A DNA stretch of 64,000 nt from Promethearchaeota archaeon (GCA_019058245.1 JAHPZJ010000020.1:32001-96000); one strand, 5' to 3'. Positions 1 through 10,379 are shown, counted from the first letter of the stretch. Translations and numbers: made by a program. Notes: a model not told the origin generated them from the letters alone.

Positions 1-1
1 T

Positions 2-151
2 AAAGATGTAGCTTTAAAAGTTCATAGAAGTTTTTTTGAATCATTCGAACATGCAATAGTTATACGGGAAGGAGAACGACAGAAACGTAAGAAAGTTGGT
101 CTAGATTATATTCTAAAAGATCTTGATGTAGTAGAAATACATATAACCTAA
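2..151 (+). CDS. C-terminal TGS domain of a DRG/Obg-family GTPase (5' partial)
   Basis: Frame 2 reads KDVALKVHRSFFESFEHAIVIREGERQKRKKVGLDYILKDLDVVEIHIT*, matching the DRG TGS end (xxH...F..A...kVGldh.L.D.DvveIh). Not in the ORF track. Confidence 0.75.
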   Translation, partial: KDVALKVHRSFFESFEHAIVIREGERQKRKKVGLDYILKDLDVVEIHIT

Positions 152-2853
152 TATTTGATCTTCTCTATTAAGTTTGGTATCTCTAAAATCTCTTTCCTGT
201 AATCACTATCTAAATTAGCTAAACCATCACCAATATTTTTAACACTTTCTAAACTGTAAATTAACTCCTCGAGGTATGTTATAAGATCTCCTTTAAAGAC
301 TAATATCTTATATTCTTTAATCAAATAGTTAGAAATTTCTTCAATTGTCATTTTATCTTTAACTCGTAAATTTAATATTAATTTTTCCAAACTTAATCGT
401 CCACAATCGCAATATGGATTATCCTTACAGGTACAATTAAATATATCACTTGTTAATTTCATAATAAAGTCAATAAAATCACGTGAAAATGTTTTTCTTT
501 TTTTTACATAATCAGCATTCATCAATGATAATACACTAGCACTGAATAAATTGTTGGAAAAATATTTCATATTAACATTTTTTGATAAATCGGCAACTAA
601 ATCTTTAGATAAATAAACATTTCTAAGATTTTCTAAGTCTAAAGCAATATCTAAAGGATTCTTAATTTTATCTTGCATTACTTTAATTATCTCAAGACTT
701 TTTTCAACAGATAAAAAGGAATTGGCAATTGCTCTTCCTAAACGAGTGTTTTTTAATTTTAAGTCTTCTCTAATTCGCACTAATTTAAAGGACAATAATT
801 TCTTCAAAATCGCCTCTAGGTCAAAATAATTATTGATTAAATTATCATAAAATTTAAAGATGATTTCCTTTGAAATCCATTCATTAAACATAGCAATAAA
901 TGCAAGAATTTCTGTTTGTGACTTATCTTCATTAGGAATAAGTTCATAATCCTTGATCTTTCCATTTAAAAGTTTAATCGCAATATTTTCTTCTGTAATT
1001 TTCATTTTGGGAGAATAAACTTTTCCAGGCTCAACAAGTATATAGGCTAAACCTTTCTCATGCTTTTTTAATCTTCCCGATCTTCCAATCATTTGTTCAA
1101 ATTCAGCAACTGTTAACCACTTTATACCCATTGCTAAAGACTCAAAAATAACTTGACTTGCGGGAAGATCAACTCCTGCAGCTAAAGCAGCAGTTGCAAC
1201 TACTCCCATTATTTGCTGAGATTGAAAATTTTCTTCAATTTTTTTTCTTTCTTCGTTTGTTAATCCAGAATGATAAGCAACTACTGGAAGATTTCTGTGT
1301 TGCAAATATAAGGATATTGATTCACACTTTTTACGAGTATTTGTGAATACTATTGATTGACCTTTGAATCCATAAATGGATTTTTTAGAAAAGGCAGCTT
1401 TAATTAAGTTAGAAATATATTTTTGTTTTTGAGTTTCATTCAGACACATTAATAAATGACGTTCGACCGGGACTGGGCGATTATCATACCTAATTAATTC
1501 ACAGTTTAGTTTTTTTGCTAATAATTTTGGTTCTCCTAATGTTGCACTCAAATATAGAAACTGGGAATTAAATTGCGTTTTTAACCGGGATATTAAACCA
1601 TCTAATATAAATCCTCGCTCTTGATCTATCAACGTTTGAATTTCATCGATAATAATTGTCCCAATATTTCCTAAAAGCGCTATATTCCCACTTCTTAAAA
1701 TATAATCAATTGCCTCATAAGTTGCAATAATCACATGAGCATTAACTAAATCTTTAATATTGTTTTCCTCTTTTTTTCCAAATAAAGACTCTCCAACTCT
1801 TTTTATTACCTTCAAATTAATTGATTTATATTTTTCTTTAAATTCTTCTGTTCTTATATTGGCCAAAGCCACAATCGGTACTAAGTATAACATCTTAGCG
1901 TTTCTCTGATTTAAAACTTTTGATATTCCCGCTAATTCACCTACTAATGTTTTACCTCCACTTGTAGGGGCCATTATTAATTGATTAGTATGTTCTGATA
2001 ATAACCCTTTTTCTATAGAAATTGCTTGTATTGGTAATAAAGTAGTTAAATTTAGCTCTTTCATTATCTTTTTAAACACTGTAGGAATATTCAGATTGTC
2101 AATTTTTTGATTAAGATATTTTTTATTGATTGAAGGTGTCTTTTCAACATCATAGAGCGTTATTTCACGGTCTTTTACAGGATTAAAATCGGTCTTAAAA
2201 GCATCTAATATTTTTTTGACATCTTTAAATTTAAGAATCATATGCATTAGAAAATTCTTTAACTTAGGACTGATTTTCTCTTTAGAAATCATCCCTGTCA
2301 ATTTTATTCTGTTCACAACAATATCATAAGAGCATTCGGAACAGATAATTTGATTTTTTAAAGATTTAATTTGATTGTTCTTATTTAGTAATGTAAACTT
2401 ATTTTTATCTAAACATGAATCACAAATAGTTAAATTGATGATTTTCTCTGTATCAAATTGAAAACTGTTCAACATCTCTTTAACTGGTAATATATCTTCA
2501 GATCTGGTTTGGTTTGAAAATGCAATAAATTTATTCTTATCTGAAACCATAAATTTCTTAAGTAAACGTGGATCAACTGGTTTTGAGTTTCCATTATTCT
2601 CAATTTTATTAAAATAAAGTGGTCTCATCTTGTTTTTAAAATCTAACCCAAAAATTACCGTACCTTTAAAGAATGGTTCATTTACATATGTAAATTTGAA
2701 TTTTTTTTTCTTGAATGATTTAAGGTAAAAGAAATTAATATTAAAAAGTAATTCTTTTCTATGCTCACGATTTCTATCCAAAACAATGAAAAAATTTCTT
2801 AAAGGAACACTCAATTTGAATCCATTAGTGGATAATAATAAATTAGTATGCAA
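148..2853 (-). CDS. Archaeal superfamily II DEAD/DEAH-box helicase (COG1202/DUF5814-type)
   Basis: Walker A APTSGGKT, DEIQ, SAT, motif V ATAALAAGVDLPA, motif VI QMIGRSGR, N-terminal CxxC pairs and C-terminal CTCKDNPYCDCG. Confidence 0.88.
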   Translation of the reverse strand: MHTNLLLSTNGFKLSVPLRNFFIVLDRNREHRKELLFNINFFYLKSFKKKKFKFTYVNEPFFKGTVIFGLDFKNKMRPLYFNKIENNGNSKPVDPRLLKKFMVSDKNKFIAFSNQTRSEDILPVKEMLNSFQFDTEKIINLTICDSCLDKNKFTLLNKNNQIKSLKNQIICSECSYDIVVNRIKLTGMISKEKISPKLKNFLMHMILKFKDVKKILDAFKTDFNPVKDREITLYDVEKTPSINKKYLNQKIDNLNIPTVFKKIMKELNLTTLLPIQAISIEKGLLSEHTNQLIMAPTSGGKTLVGELAGISKVLNQRNAKMLYLVPIVALANIRTEEFKEKYKSINLKVIKRVGESLFGKKEENNIKDLVNAHVIIATYEAIDYILRSGNIALLGNIGTIIIDEIQTLIDQERGFILDGLISRLKTQFNSQFLYLSATLGEPKLLAKKLNCELIRYDNRPVPVERHLLMCLNETQKQKYISNLIKAAFSKKSIYGFKGQSIVFTNTRKKCESISLYLQHRNLPVVAYHSGLTNEERKKIEENFQSQQIMGVVATAALAAGVDLPASQVIFESLAMGIKWLTVAEFEQMIGRSGRLKKHEKGLAYILVEPGKVYSPKMKITEENIAIKLLNGKIKDYELIPNEDKSQTEILAFIAMFNEWISKEIIFKFYDNLINNYFDLEAILKKLLSFKLVRIREDLKLKNTRLGRAIANSFLSVEKSLEIIKVMQDKIKNPLDIALDLENLRNVYLSKDLVADLSKNVNMKYFSNNLFSASVLSLMNADYVKKRKTFSRDFIDFIMKLTSDIFNCTCKDNPYCDCGRLSLEKLILNLRVKDKMTIEEISNYLIKEYKILVFKGDLITYLEELIYSLESVKNIGDGLANLDSDYRKEILEIPNLIEKIKY

Positions 2854-2940
2854 CTCAACAATTCAATTTTTCTATATTAAAAAAACTAAAATCATTTAAG
2901 TAAGGATTTAGATTTAGGTAAATAAAAAATAAATTAAAAA

Positions 2941-3102
2941 TTAGAAACCAAAAACTTGTTTAATTTTATCATAGACTTCTTTTATTTGCCTAAGTTTTGT
3001 CTCATCTCCTTGATTCATAAAATGGGTAATCCAATCAGCTAGACCATTATTTTTAATCCATTCAAGAAAATATTCAACAGATTGGCGTTCTTCAGCAGAC
3101 AT
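2941..3102 (-). CDS. Small hypothetical protein (53 aa)
   Basis: ATG-to-TAA ORF MSAEERQSVEYFLEWIKNNGLADWITHFMNQGDETKLRQIKEVYDKIKQVFGF, below the ORF-track cutoff; protein-like amphipathic composition; T-run follows the stop on its strand. Confidence 0.7.
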   Translation of the reverse strand: MSAEERQSVEYFLEWIKNNGLADWITHFMNQGDETKLRQIKEVYDKIKQVFGF

Positions 3103-3253
3103 TTTTTCTTTTACTTTTCTCTTATATTTATTTTTATTTTTAATTTTCTACCTATATAAAGATTATAAATTATTCTATTTTATATTTTTATAATTCCAAA
3201 TCAATTTAATTTTACATATAAAATATAAAAATAAATTTTTGAAATGATATAAT

Positions 3254-4210
3254 ATGTCGGTAAGAATTAAAACTCCAAATTTAGATGAAATTTTTGAGAA
3301 ATGGAAACAGAAAGCAGTAAGAACAGACAAAAAAAAGATGGAAAAGCAATTTGGAACAAAAGGAGCAGTTTTTTCTTTAGATGCTGTAAGTGCAGCGGAA
3401 TATGTTAAGGATACAATGAAAGAAGCAGCTATTTATTTCGCTGTGAAAAAATCTCTTGGTCCCGCCCCCAAAGGCAAAGAAGAAAATTTAGTGCTTGCTC
3501 CAAAAGTAAGTAGAGAGCAATATTATTCCTTCAAAGGAGCAGGTAATATAAATAAAGAAAATTGGAAAAGTAATGATATGGTACCTCACTATGAATCAAT
3601 TCAAGCGGTCCCTTGCAAGAATTGTAAGGGGAAGGGGTATATGGAGAATAAATGCAAAACTTGTAAAGGAACTGGAAAAATTGAGGAAACACTTACAGTA
3701 TTAGTTGGAGAAGAGCAAAAGAAGGAAAAGAAAATCTTTTCATATCCCTGTGGTGCCTGTTATGGAACTGGCAATAGACAAGAACCATGCAAAGAATGTG
3801 GGGGGCATAAAAATATGTATAAATACGAGGTTCTCCCTGTTCCTTTCAAAACGGTAATTACTGGAGTTCCTATATTGCATAGTAGTGCTCAAACAAGATA
3901 TGAGAAGCAAATCGGTGATGATCTTCATAAAATGATTGAAGATGTCGAAGGGATTAGATTTAGTGACTTTAAAGAATTAGAGTCGAAAGTTGAGCCTTCC
4001 TTAGGATATATGAATAAAAATATTAGTAAAACTGTTGGAGCTGCTAGAAGTGATTATAGGACTTATGAGAAAGATAAAGATGCTCAAATAACATCTCAAA
4101 TTTACTTATTTCCAATGATTCAGATGTTCTGTGAGACTAAACGTGGAAGCAAGTTTGAAATTTATTCCCTTGGCTCTGGTAATAAATTTATGATTTATTC
4201 AAACTTTTAA
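3254..4210 (+). CDS. DnaJ-type CxxCxGxG zinc-finger protein without a J domain; SSUH2-like
   Basis: CKNCKGKG, CKTCKGTG, CGACYGTG, CKECGG repeats; no HPD J-domain; flanks resemble eukaryotic SSUH2. Confidence 0.7.
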   Translation: MSVRIKTPNLDEIFEKWKQKAVRTDKKKMEKQFGTKGAVFSLDAVSAAEYVKDTMKEAAIYFAVKKSLGPAPKGKEENLVLAPKVSREQYYSFKGAGNINKENWKSNDMVPHYESIQAVPCKNCKGKGYMENKCKTCKGTGKIEETLTVLVGEEQKKEKKIFSYPCGACYGTGNRQEPCKECGGHKNMYKYEVLPVPFKTVITGVPILHSSAQTRYEKQIGDDLHKMIEDVEGIRFSDFKELESKVEPSLGYMNKNISKTVGAARSDYRTYEKDKDAQITSQIYLFPMIQMFCETKRGSKFEIYSLGSGNKFMIYSNF

Positions 4211-4451
4211 ATTATTTTTTTTAATTTAAATTACAAAAAATATTTCATTATACTGGAACCTCTCTTTTTTTTTTGAATTTTTTAAAAATTACTGATAATG
4301 AGATTGTAATTCTAGTAAATACAAATAAAATAAACAAACTGTAAAAATACATTCTTATCATGAAATATATTTAAAACATATAAAGATTTAAAAATAAAGG
4401 AGGATAGGTTACATATAAGTTTAAACTTATATATCTCAAAGTAGTGATAAT

Positions 4452-5102
4452 TTGCAGGAAGAAAGTAAAATAAAAAAAATTAAAAAATCCTATAAACCTA
4501 AAAATCTAATAGGATATCTCATACCAAATAATGTAATATCTATTTCAATTATTGGTATCTTTGCGGCATTAATTTGCATATTAACAATGATAATTTCAAT
4601 ACCAATTCCAGCAACACAGGGCTTTATTAATATTGGAGATGCTGGTGTTATGTTTACAGGATTAATCTTTGGTCCTTTCATAGGAGGATTATCAGGTGGT
4701 ATTGGTTCTGCTTTAGCAGATATTTTTCTGGGTTATACTATATACGCACCAGCTACATTAATTATTAAAGGATTAGAAGGATTAATAATAGGGATAATTG
4801 CGAATCCTAGGAAAAATTATACAAAATTAAATTATCGAGATATTTTAGCGATTATAATTGGAGGGTTAATTATGGTATTTGGATATTTTATTTATGAGAT
4901 TATACTCTGGGGATTTGCAATTGCATTGTTTGAAGTAATTTTAAATGGGATTATACAATTTGGCCTTGCTGGTGTAATTTCTCTAATTTTAGTATTAGTA
5001 GCTCGAAAAAACATTATTCAAAATTTTCCTCAAGTATTTGATAAGATATTTAAAATTGAAGAATTAGAAGAAATTGAGAATAGGAATTTTAAAGAAGGGT
5101 AA
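4452..5102 (+). CDS. ECF transporter S component
   Basis: IPIPATQGFINIGDA, GGIGSALADIFLGY and APATLIIKGLEG motifs; about 6 TM segments. Confidence 0.9.
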   Translation: MQEESKIKKIKKSYKPKNLIGYLIPNNVISISIIGIFAALICILTMIISIPIPATQGFINIGDAGVMFTGLIFGPFIGGLSGGIGSALADIFLGYTIYAPATLIIKGLEGLIIGIIANPRKNYTKLNYRDILAIIIGGLIMVFGYFIYEIILWGFAIALFEVILNGIIQFGLAGVISLILVLVARKNIIQNFPQVFDKIFKIEELEEIENRNFKEG

Positions 5103-6540
5103 TTAACACATCCAAAGCATCTAATACTCGCTTTCCGCTATTAGTTATAAAATATAAAACATTCTTTCCTTCCTTTTTTCTTGATATTAAACCCTTTATT
5201 TCCAATTCTTTCAAATGCTGATAAATAGCAGCTAAGCTTATCGTGCCCATAGTTTCTTTAATATCTGTTCCGGTTATACCTTTAATACTCGAAAGTGAGA
5301 TTTGAGAAAGTATTTTTAACTTAGTAATGATGATAGAACCTTTTCCTGTAGTTTTGGTTTGGGATGAAATTGCTTCTAAAATATAGGGGGCTTTTAAACC
5401 ACTTCCTGTAATGAGACACACAACAGAGTCTTTAGATTCAAACGTTTGTTTTTGTTCTAATAATTGAATAGCAGCAAGAGTTAAAGCTGAAGAAGGCTCT
5501 GCAAATATTCCCTCATCCCTTATAAGTTGCTCAATTGAAGGGAATATAAAATTTTCAGGAATAGCAATTACAGTTCCTTTACTATCTTTTATACACTTAA
5601 TTGCTAAATTTTTATATAACGGTTTTTGTACTAAGATACCTAATGCCATTGATTTAATATTTTTTGGAGATTCTTTTTTATGTTTATGATTATTAAAAAA
5701 ATCGTTTATAATCGGAGATGACGATTGAGATTGAACACCTATTAATTTTGGAATATCTTTAATAATTTCAATTTCTTTTAATTCATTAAAACCTTTCCAA
5801 AGACTTACTAGAAGTTCTCCACTTCCCATTGGAATTATTATCCAATTGGGTAATTCAATCTGATTAATGATTTCATAAGCGATGGTTTTTTGTGCTTCTA
5901 GAGTTAGAGGATTTAATTCTGGGGTACATTGATAATAATCATTTAATTCATTATTATCTATTACATAATCGATAGCGTCATCAACAGTATTTCCAATAGT
6001 TTTTAAATCAGAATCATATGCTATAATTTGAGCCTTTTTTCCCAAATCAATTTCATTAGGAATAATATTCAAACATTCTATTCTCTCAAGAGAAGAATAT
6101 GCTGCAATTGAAGCACCTTGATTTCCATTCGACGCACAAACTATTTTATTAAAATCCCAACTCCTCGCATGTGATACTAATAATGCCGCTGCCCGATCCT
6201 TAAATGAATTCGTTGGATTTTTCGTTTCATCTTTAAAAAATAAATTTTTTATATTCAATTTTTCACTAAAACTTTTTGAAGCTCTACAAGGAGTTCCTCC
6301 TTCTCCTAAAGATATGATAAAATCTTTTTTTATTGAAGGAAATGTGAAATTATAATCCCAGAAATTATTATTAATCTTAATTTTAGAAAATTTATCTTTA
6401 AACTTTTCAAGTTTGCATTCAAACCATAAAAATCCTCCACATTCAGGACACTTATGTTGGATTGAGCGGAATTCAGATTTTTTGCCGCATTCAATACAAG
6501 TTAGAGTTAGTGGATTTTTTATAATGGGATTACCTCTCAA
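5089..6540 (-). CDS. thrC: Threonine synthase-family PLP enzyme fused to a C-terminal winged helix-turn-helix
   Basis: N-terminal CxxC/CxxC, SLGEGGTP, NPTNSFKDR (PLP Lys), ASNGNQG, EGIFAEPSSA, TGSGLK, then ISLAAIYQHLKELEIKGLI...YFITNSG wHTH. Confidence 0.8.
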   Translation of the reverse strand: MRGNPIIKNPLTLTCIECGKKSEFRSIQHKCPECGGFLWFECKLEKFKDKFSKIKINNNFWDYNFTFPSIKKDFIISLGEGGTPCRASKSFSEKLNIKNLFFKDETKNPTNSFKDRAAALLVSHARSWDFNKIVCASNGNQGASIAAYSSLERIECLNIIPNEIDLGKKAQIIAYDSDLKTIGNTVDDAIDYVIDNNELNDYYQCTPELNPLTLEAQKTIAYEIINQIELPNWIIIPMGSGELLVSLWKGFNELKEIEIIKDIPKLIGVQSQSSSPIINDFFNNHKHKKESPKNIKSMALGILVQKPLYKNLAIKCIKDSKGTVIAIPENFIFPSIEQLIRDEGIFAEPSSALTLAAIQLLEQKQTFESKDSVVCLITGSGLKAPYILEAISSQTKTTGKGSIIITKLKILSQISLSSIKGITGTDIKETMGTISLAAIYQHLKELEIKGLISRKKEGKNVLYFITNSGKRVLDALDVLITLL

Positions 6541-6649
6541 ATAGAAATTTATGTTTATTTACTTATTATTTGTTTTTTCTTATTATTAAGTTCTTTTAGC
6601 AAATTTTCTATTTTCGCCAGAGAATATTATAGATTTTTGATAGTATAAT

Positions 6650-6667
6650 TTTACGAAGTATCGTAAA
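6650..6667. promoter_or_regulatory. Palindromic candidate operator TTTACGA-agta-TCGTAAA
   Basis: Perfect 7-bp inverted repeat with 4-bp spacer about 60 nt upstream of the ZIP-ZIP-DtxR operon. Confidence 0.55.
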
Positions 6668-6726
6668 TCTTAAATTCAATATAGAATTAAAAAACTCGAT
6701 TAATATTTTTATCAAAGTGATTAGAA

Positions 6727-7482
6727 ATTCTTCTATGGGTAATATTATTTAGTATTTTGGGCAGTATTGGAGCGATAGTTTTGGCTATTGGTTTTATAAG
6801 TTTAAATAAAAATTCTCAAAAATCACTAGTTACATGTTTGGTAGCATATGCAACAGGGACTTTACTAGCAGCCGCATCTCTAGGAATGATCCCTACGGCA
6901 ATCTCAAAAGCAGGAGAAGCAATACAATTAATTATGGCATTTTTTTTAGGAGCACTTATGTTTTTCTTTATTCTTGAGAAATTGATAATTTGGCGGCATT
7001 GTCACGATAAAGATTGTATTGTAACTGGTGAAGCTACAGGACCAATTATTCTTATTGGAGATGCATTTCATAATTTTGTAGATGGTATTGTTATTGCCGC
7101 CTCGTTTTTAACAAGTTTTACTTTTGGGATAGCTATTAGTCTTTCTGTTATTGCGCATGAAGTTCCTCAGGAAATAGGAGATTTAGCAATTCTCATTGAT
7201 AAGAATTATTCAAAAAAGAAAGCATTCTTATATAATACTTTTTCAGGATTAAGCACTATACCAGCAGCAATAATAGGATATTTCATATTAGATATAATTT
7301 CTATGGCGATTCCTTATGTTCTTATAATTTCAGCCGCAAGTTTTATTTACATTGCATTATCCGATTTAACACCAGAACTTCATCAAAAATTAGGATTAAA
7401 GCATAGCGTAAGGCAGTTGATTTTAATTTTTGCAGGAATAATTACTATGATATTGATATTTATGCTAAAATCCATACTATAG
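6727..7482 (+). CDS. ZIP-family metal transporter (paralog 1), probable ATT start at 6727
   Basis: GDAFHNFVDG and HEVPQEIGD motifs; N-terminal ILLWVILFSILGSIG aligns with paralog MLIWIILFSILGSVG; in-frame TGA at 6718-6720. Confidence 0.9.
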   Translation: MLLWVILFSILGSIGAIVLAIGFISLNKNSQKSLVTCLVAYATGTLLAAASLGMIPTAISKAGEAIQLIMAFFLGALMFFFILEKLIIWRHCHDKDCIVTGEATGPIILIGDAFHNFVDGIVIAASFLTSFTFGIAISLSVIAHEVPQEIGDLAILIDKNYSKKKAFLYNTFSGLSTIPAAIIGYFILDIISMAIPYVLIISAASFIYIALSDLTPELHQKLGLKHSVRQLILIFAGIITMILIFMLKSIL

Positions 7483-7504
7483 GGAAAAGGGGAGATAATT
7501 CAAG

Positions 7505-8260
7505 ATGTTGATATGGATTATTTTATTTAGTATATTAGGAAGTGTTGGTGCCCTAACTATTGCTGGAGTTTTTGTATTTTTGGGAGTTAATTATCAAAAA
7601 ACACTTATCCCTATCCTTATTGCTTTTGCAACGGGGGTATTATTAGCAGTTGCTTTTTTAGGTTTAATTCCAGAAGCGATTGAAGAAGTTGGAGAACCTC
7701 ATTTAATTATGCCTTTCATATTAGGAGGAATCCTGTTTTTCTTTTTAATGGAAAAGATGGTGATATGGAGGAATTGTCGTGATAAAACATGTAAAGTGCA
7801 CTCTCATGCTTCTGGAGCAATTGTTCTTGTGGGTGATTCTTTCCATAACTTTACAGATGGGATTGTAATAGCTGCATCATTTTTAGCTGGACTAAATCTT
7901 GGAGTTGTTGCGGGACTGACGATTATAATTCATGAAATATCTCAGGAAACTGCAGATTTTGGTATACTTCTGCATTCAGGATATTCAAAGAAAAAAGCTT
8001 TTTTGTACAATACTATCTCAAGTTTAACAACTATCCCGGCTTCTATTATCTCATTTTTCATATTAGATTCTCTTGAATTTGTTATTCCATTTTTATTGGC
8101 AATTTCTGCTGCTAGTTTCATTTATATAGCTCTTTCAGATTTAACTCCTGATCTCCATAAAAATTCAGATTTTAAATATATTATCCGTCAATTAGTAACA
8201 ATTCTAATAGGAATACTATTGATGACCCTGATATTATCGTTAGGAGGGCATCATAATTAA
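7505..8260 (+). CDS. ZIP-family metal transporter (paralog 2)
   Basis: GDSFHNFTDG, HEISQETAD and FIYIALSDLTP motifs; tandem duplicate of the previous gene. Confidence 0.92.
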   Translation: MLIWIILFSILGSVGALTIAGVFVFLGVNYQKTLIPILIAFATGVLLAVAFLGLIPEAIEEVGEPHLIMPFILGGILFFFLMEKMVIWRNCRDKTCKVHSHASGAIVLVGDSFHNFTDGIVIAASFLAGLNLGVVAGLTIIIHEISQETADFGILLHSGYSKKKAFLYNTISSLTTIPASIISFFILDSLEFVIPFLLAISAASFIYIALSDLTPDLHKNSDFKYIIRQLVTILIGILLMTLILSLGGHHN

Positions 8261-8279
8261 AATTTAAAAGGATTATCGC

Positions 8280-8708
8280 ATGTTAGATATCGATTATATA
8301 GTATTAAAAAAGTTATATAAATATGGTCCTCTGAAAGTGGGAGAATTAGCAAAGAACCTTAAATCTCCTCATTCAACTATTGGTAGTTGTATAAAACGAT
8401 TAGAAAAAAAAGGATATGTTGTATATAACAGATATAAATCAGTGTATTTATCGGAGAAAGGGAAAGATCTCACCATTGAGTTAAAGCGTCATTCACATCT
8501 TCTTGAATTGCTATTAGTTAATGAGCTTGAAATAGAAGCAGAGAAAGCTCATAATGAGTGCGAAAAATTCAATTTACTTTTTTCATGTGAAATAATAAAC
8601 AAAATTTGTGAAAGATATGGCCATCCAAAAAAATGTCCCTGTGGAGAAGAGATACTAAACTCTATAGACTGTTTTTGTGAAGAAAAAAATAATAGTTCAC
8701 TTAATTAA
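8280..8708 (+). CDS. DtxR/MntR-family metal-dependent repressor
   Basis: wHTH, then RHSHLLE..L...AHNECE and GHPKKCPCG; lies next to ZIP transporters. Confidence 0.88.
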   Translation: MLDIDYIVLKKLYKYGPLKVGELAKNLKSPHSTIGSCIKRLEKKGYVVYNRYKSVYLSEKGKDLTIELKRHSHLLELLLVNELEIEAEKAHNECEKFNLLFSCEIINKICERYGHPKKCPCGEEILNSIDCFCEEKNNSSLN

Positions 8709-9173
8709 TTTATTAGAAGCAAATGCTATCACAATTATTCCATAAAAATAATGATGGCTACTCATATTTGATTTACTGGAATGAATAATTTGGCATTCAT
8801 AACTTAATAAACTATCTTTAATTGTTGGTACTTTTATATTAATACCTGGAATAGTTTGAATACCTGCTTTTTTGAATTTATCAACATTTCTTCCAGAATA
8901 AGATCCAGCAATATCTATTGCGTCATAGATTTTATCTGAGGGAATATTTACAGAAAATTCATTCACACCCTCAGTGAGACATTCATATGTATATCGTGTA
9001 TATGCTACTTGCGCCCTGATAACAATATTCCCTTGAAATTCTTCAATAGTTTTCCAATCTAGAGCCATAACATTTGGTTTTCCATTTTTATCCATTGATA
9101 CCATTAATCCCGTATTTCTTTTGAAATACTCAATATAATCATAGGGATCAATTTCTTTCCTATTGTTAGACAT
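8697..9173 (-). CDS. Flavin reductase-like (flavoredoxin/DIM6-NTAB) protein
   Basis: GKPNVMAL.W, EFSVNIP, GSYSGRNVDKF, YECQII, HHYFYG. Confidence 0.85.
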   Translation of the reverse strand: MSNNRKEIDPYDYIEYFKRNTGLMVSMDKNGKPNVMALDWKTIEEFQGNIVIRAQVAYTRYTYECLTEGVNEFSVNIPSDKIYDAIDIAGSYSGRNVDKFKKAGIQTIPGINIKVPTIKDSLLSYECQIIHSSKSNMSSHHYFYGIIVIAFASNKLIK

Positions 9174-9226
9174 TTTCTTACATTTACTTTTTAATTCTAA
9201 TAAAAATTTTCAAAATACTTTAAATA

Positions 9227-10063
9227 TTATGGAAGACCCGCTCCAGGTACATCAACTTTAACATATTCTATCTTTCCATTTGTTCTTTCTTGAGTTGAAG
9301 TACAAATAAAGAGGATATCTCTATCTTGACCACCTAACATACAAGCAAAAGCATCTGTATTGACGTTAACTTTATCAGTTATTTTACCACCTTCTAGAAC
9401 ACGTACAGCGCTACTATAATTAGGCGTAGCTACCCAAATTGCCCCCTCAGCATCTAAACATATACCATCTGGTGGCAATGATTTGAGATCTGCCCAAACT
9501 CTTCGATTCGTTAAAGAACTATCATCATTTATGTCAAAGGCTGTTAGTCGATATGCATAAGTTTCTGCCACTATAAGTGTTTTATCATCTGGGGTAATTA
9601 TCATTCCATTCGGGAATTTCATATTATCCGCAACAATCTTGGCATCTCCTTGGGGAGATACAAGAATTACTTCAGCGGGTTCAAATAATTTATTATTAAT
9701 ATAATCAAAACCAAAATTTCCTACATAGGCTCTACCTTCTTTATCTACAACCATATCATTTATTGGGAATGATATAAGTTTGCTTAAATCGGCTAATTCA
9801 GTAAGACCATCTGGATCAAGACGTAGTAAACGACGATTTTCCATTGAAACTATTAATAAATGTCCATCTGGAAGCCATCCTAACCCAGAAGGGCGATTTG
9901 GTATCTCTGTTATTATTTCTGGATTACCATTTAGATCAACAGCAGTTACCTTACGTGACCTCATATCAGAAAACCAAAGCCTCTCCTCATGCCAACGAGG
10001 ACCCTCTGGAAACTTTAATCCTTCTAAAAGTACTTTTGTCTCTAAATATTCCAATTTTCTCAC
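9227..10063 (-). CDS. SMP-30/gluconolactonase/LRE family protein
   Basis: FPEGPRW, INDMVVD, FPNGM and PDGICLDAEGAIWVA motifs. Confidence 0.92.
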   Translation of the reverse strand: MRKLEYLETKVLLEGLKFPEGPRWHEERLWFSDMRSRKVTAVDLNGNPEIITEIPNRPSGLGWLPDGHLLIVSMENRRLLRLDPDGLTELADLSKLISFPINDMVVDKEGRAYVGNFGFDYINNKLFEPAEVILVSPQGDAKIVADNMKFPNGMIITPDDKTLIVAETYAYRLTAFDINDDSSLTNRRVWADLKSLPPDGICLDAEGAIWVATPNYSSAVRVLEGGKITDKVNVNTDAFACMLGGQDRDILFICTSTQERTNGKIEYVKVDVPGAGLP

Positions 10064-10379
10064 AAATTTCGATTATGTTTTAAATTTTTTAGTATAAATT
10101 ATTTTTTCTTATACGCTTAAATATGCATCTTCCTAATCATCGTCAGTGGCAATATTTTCAGATCATTCATGGCATCAGACCTCAGGATAACCGATATCAA
10201 AATTATCTCCCTCTAAATCACCATATAATATGATTCTATAATAAAATTAAACTCTATCATCATGTTTACTAATTATTTTGAAATTAATTATATTATTTTA
10301 CTTATATTCATTTTTAATCGGAAGATTTGTTTAAAATATAATAAAATAAGGCAAAAAATAATATAAGTATTGCATAAAA

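Noticed and set aside
3254-4210. dnaJ call
   Set aside because: No J domain (HPD) or G/F-rich region.
10110-10270. Slightly GC-richer intergenic stretch
   Set aside because: Interrupted by stops in the frames I read; no tRNA, SECIS or other RNA structure could be supported.
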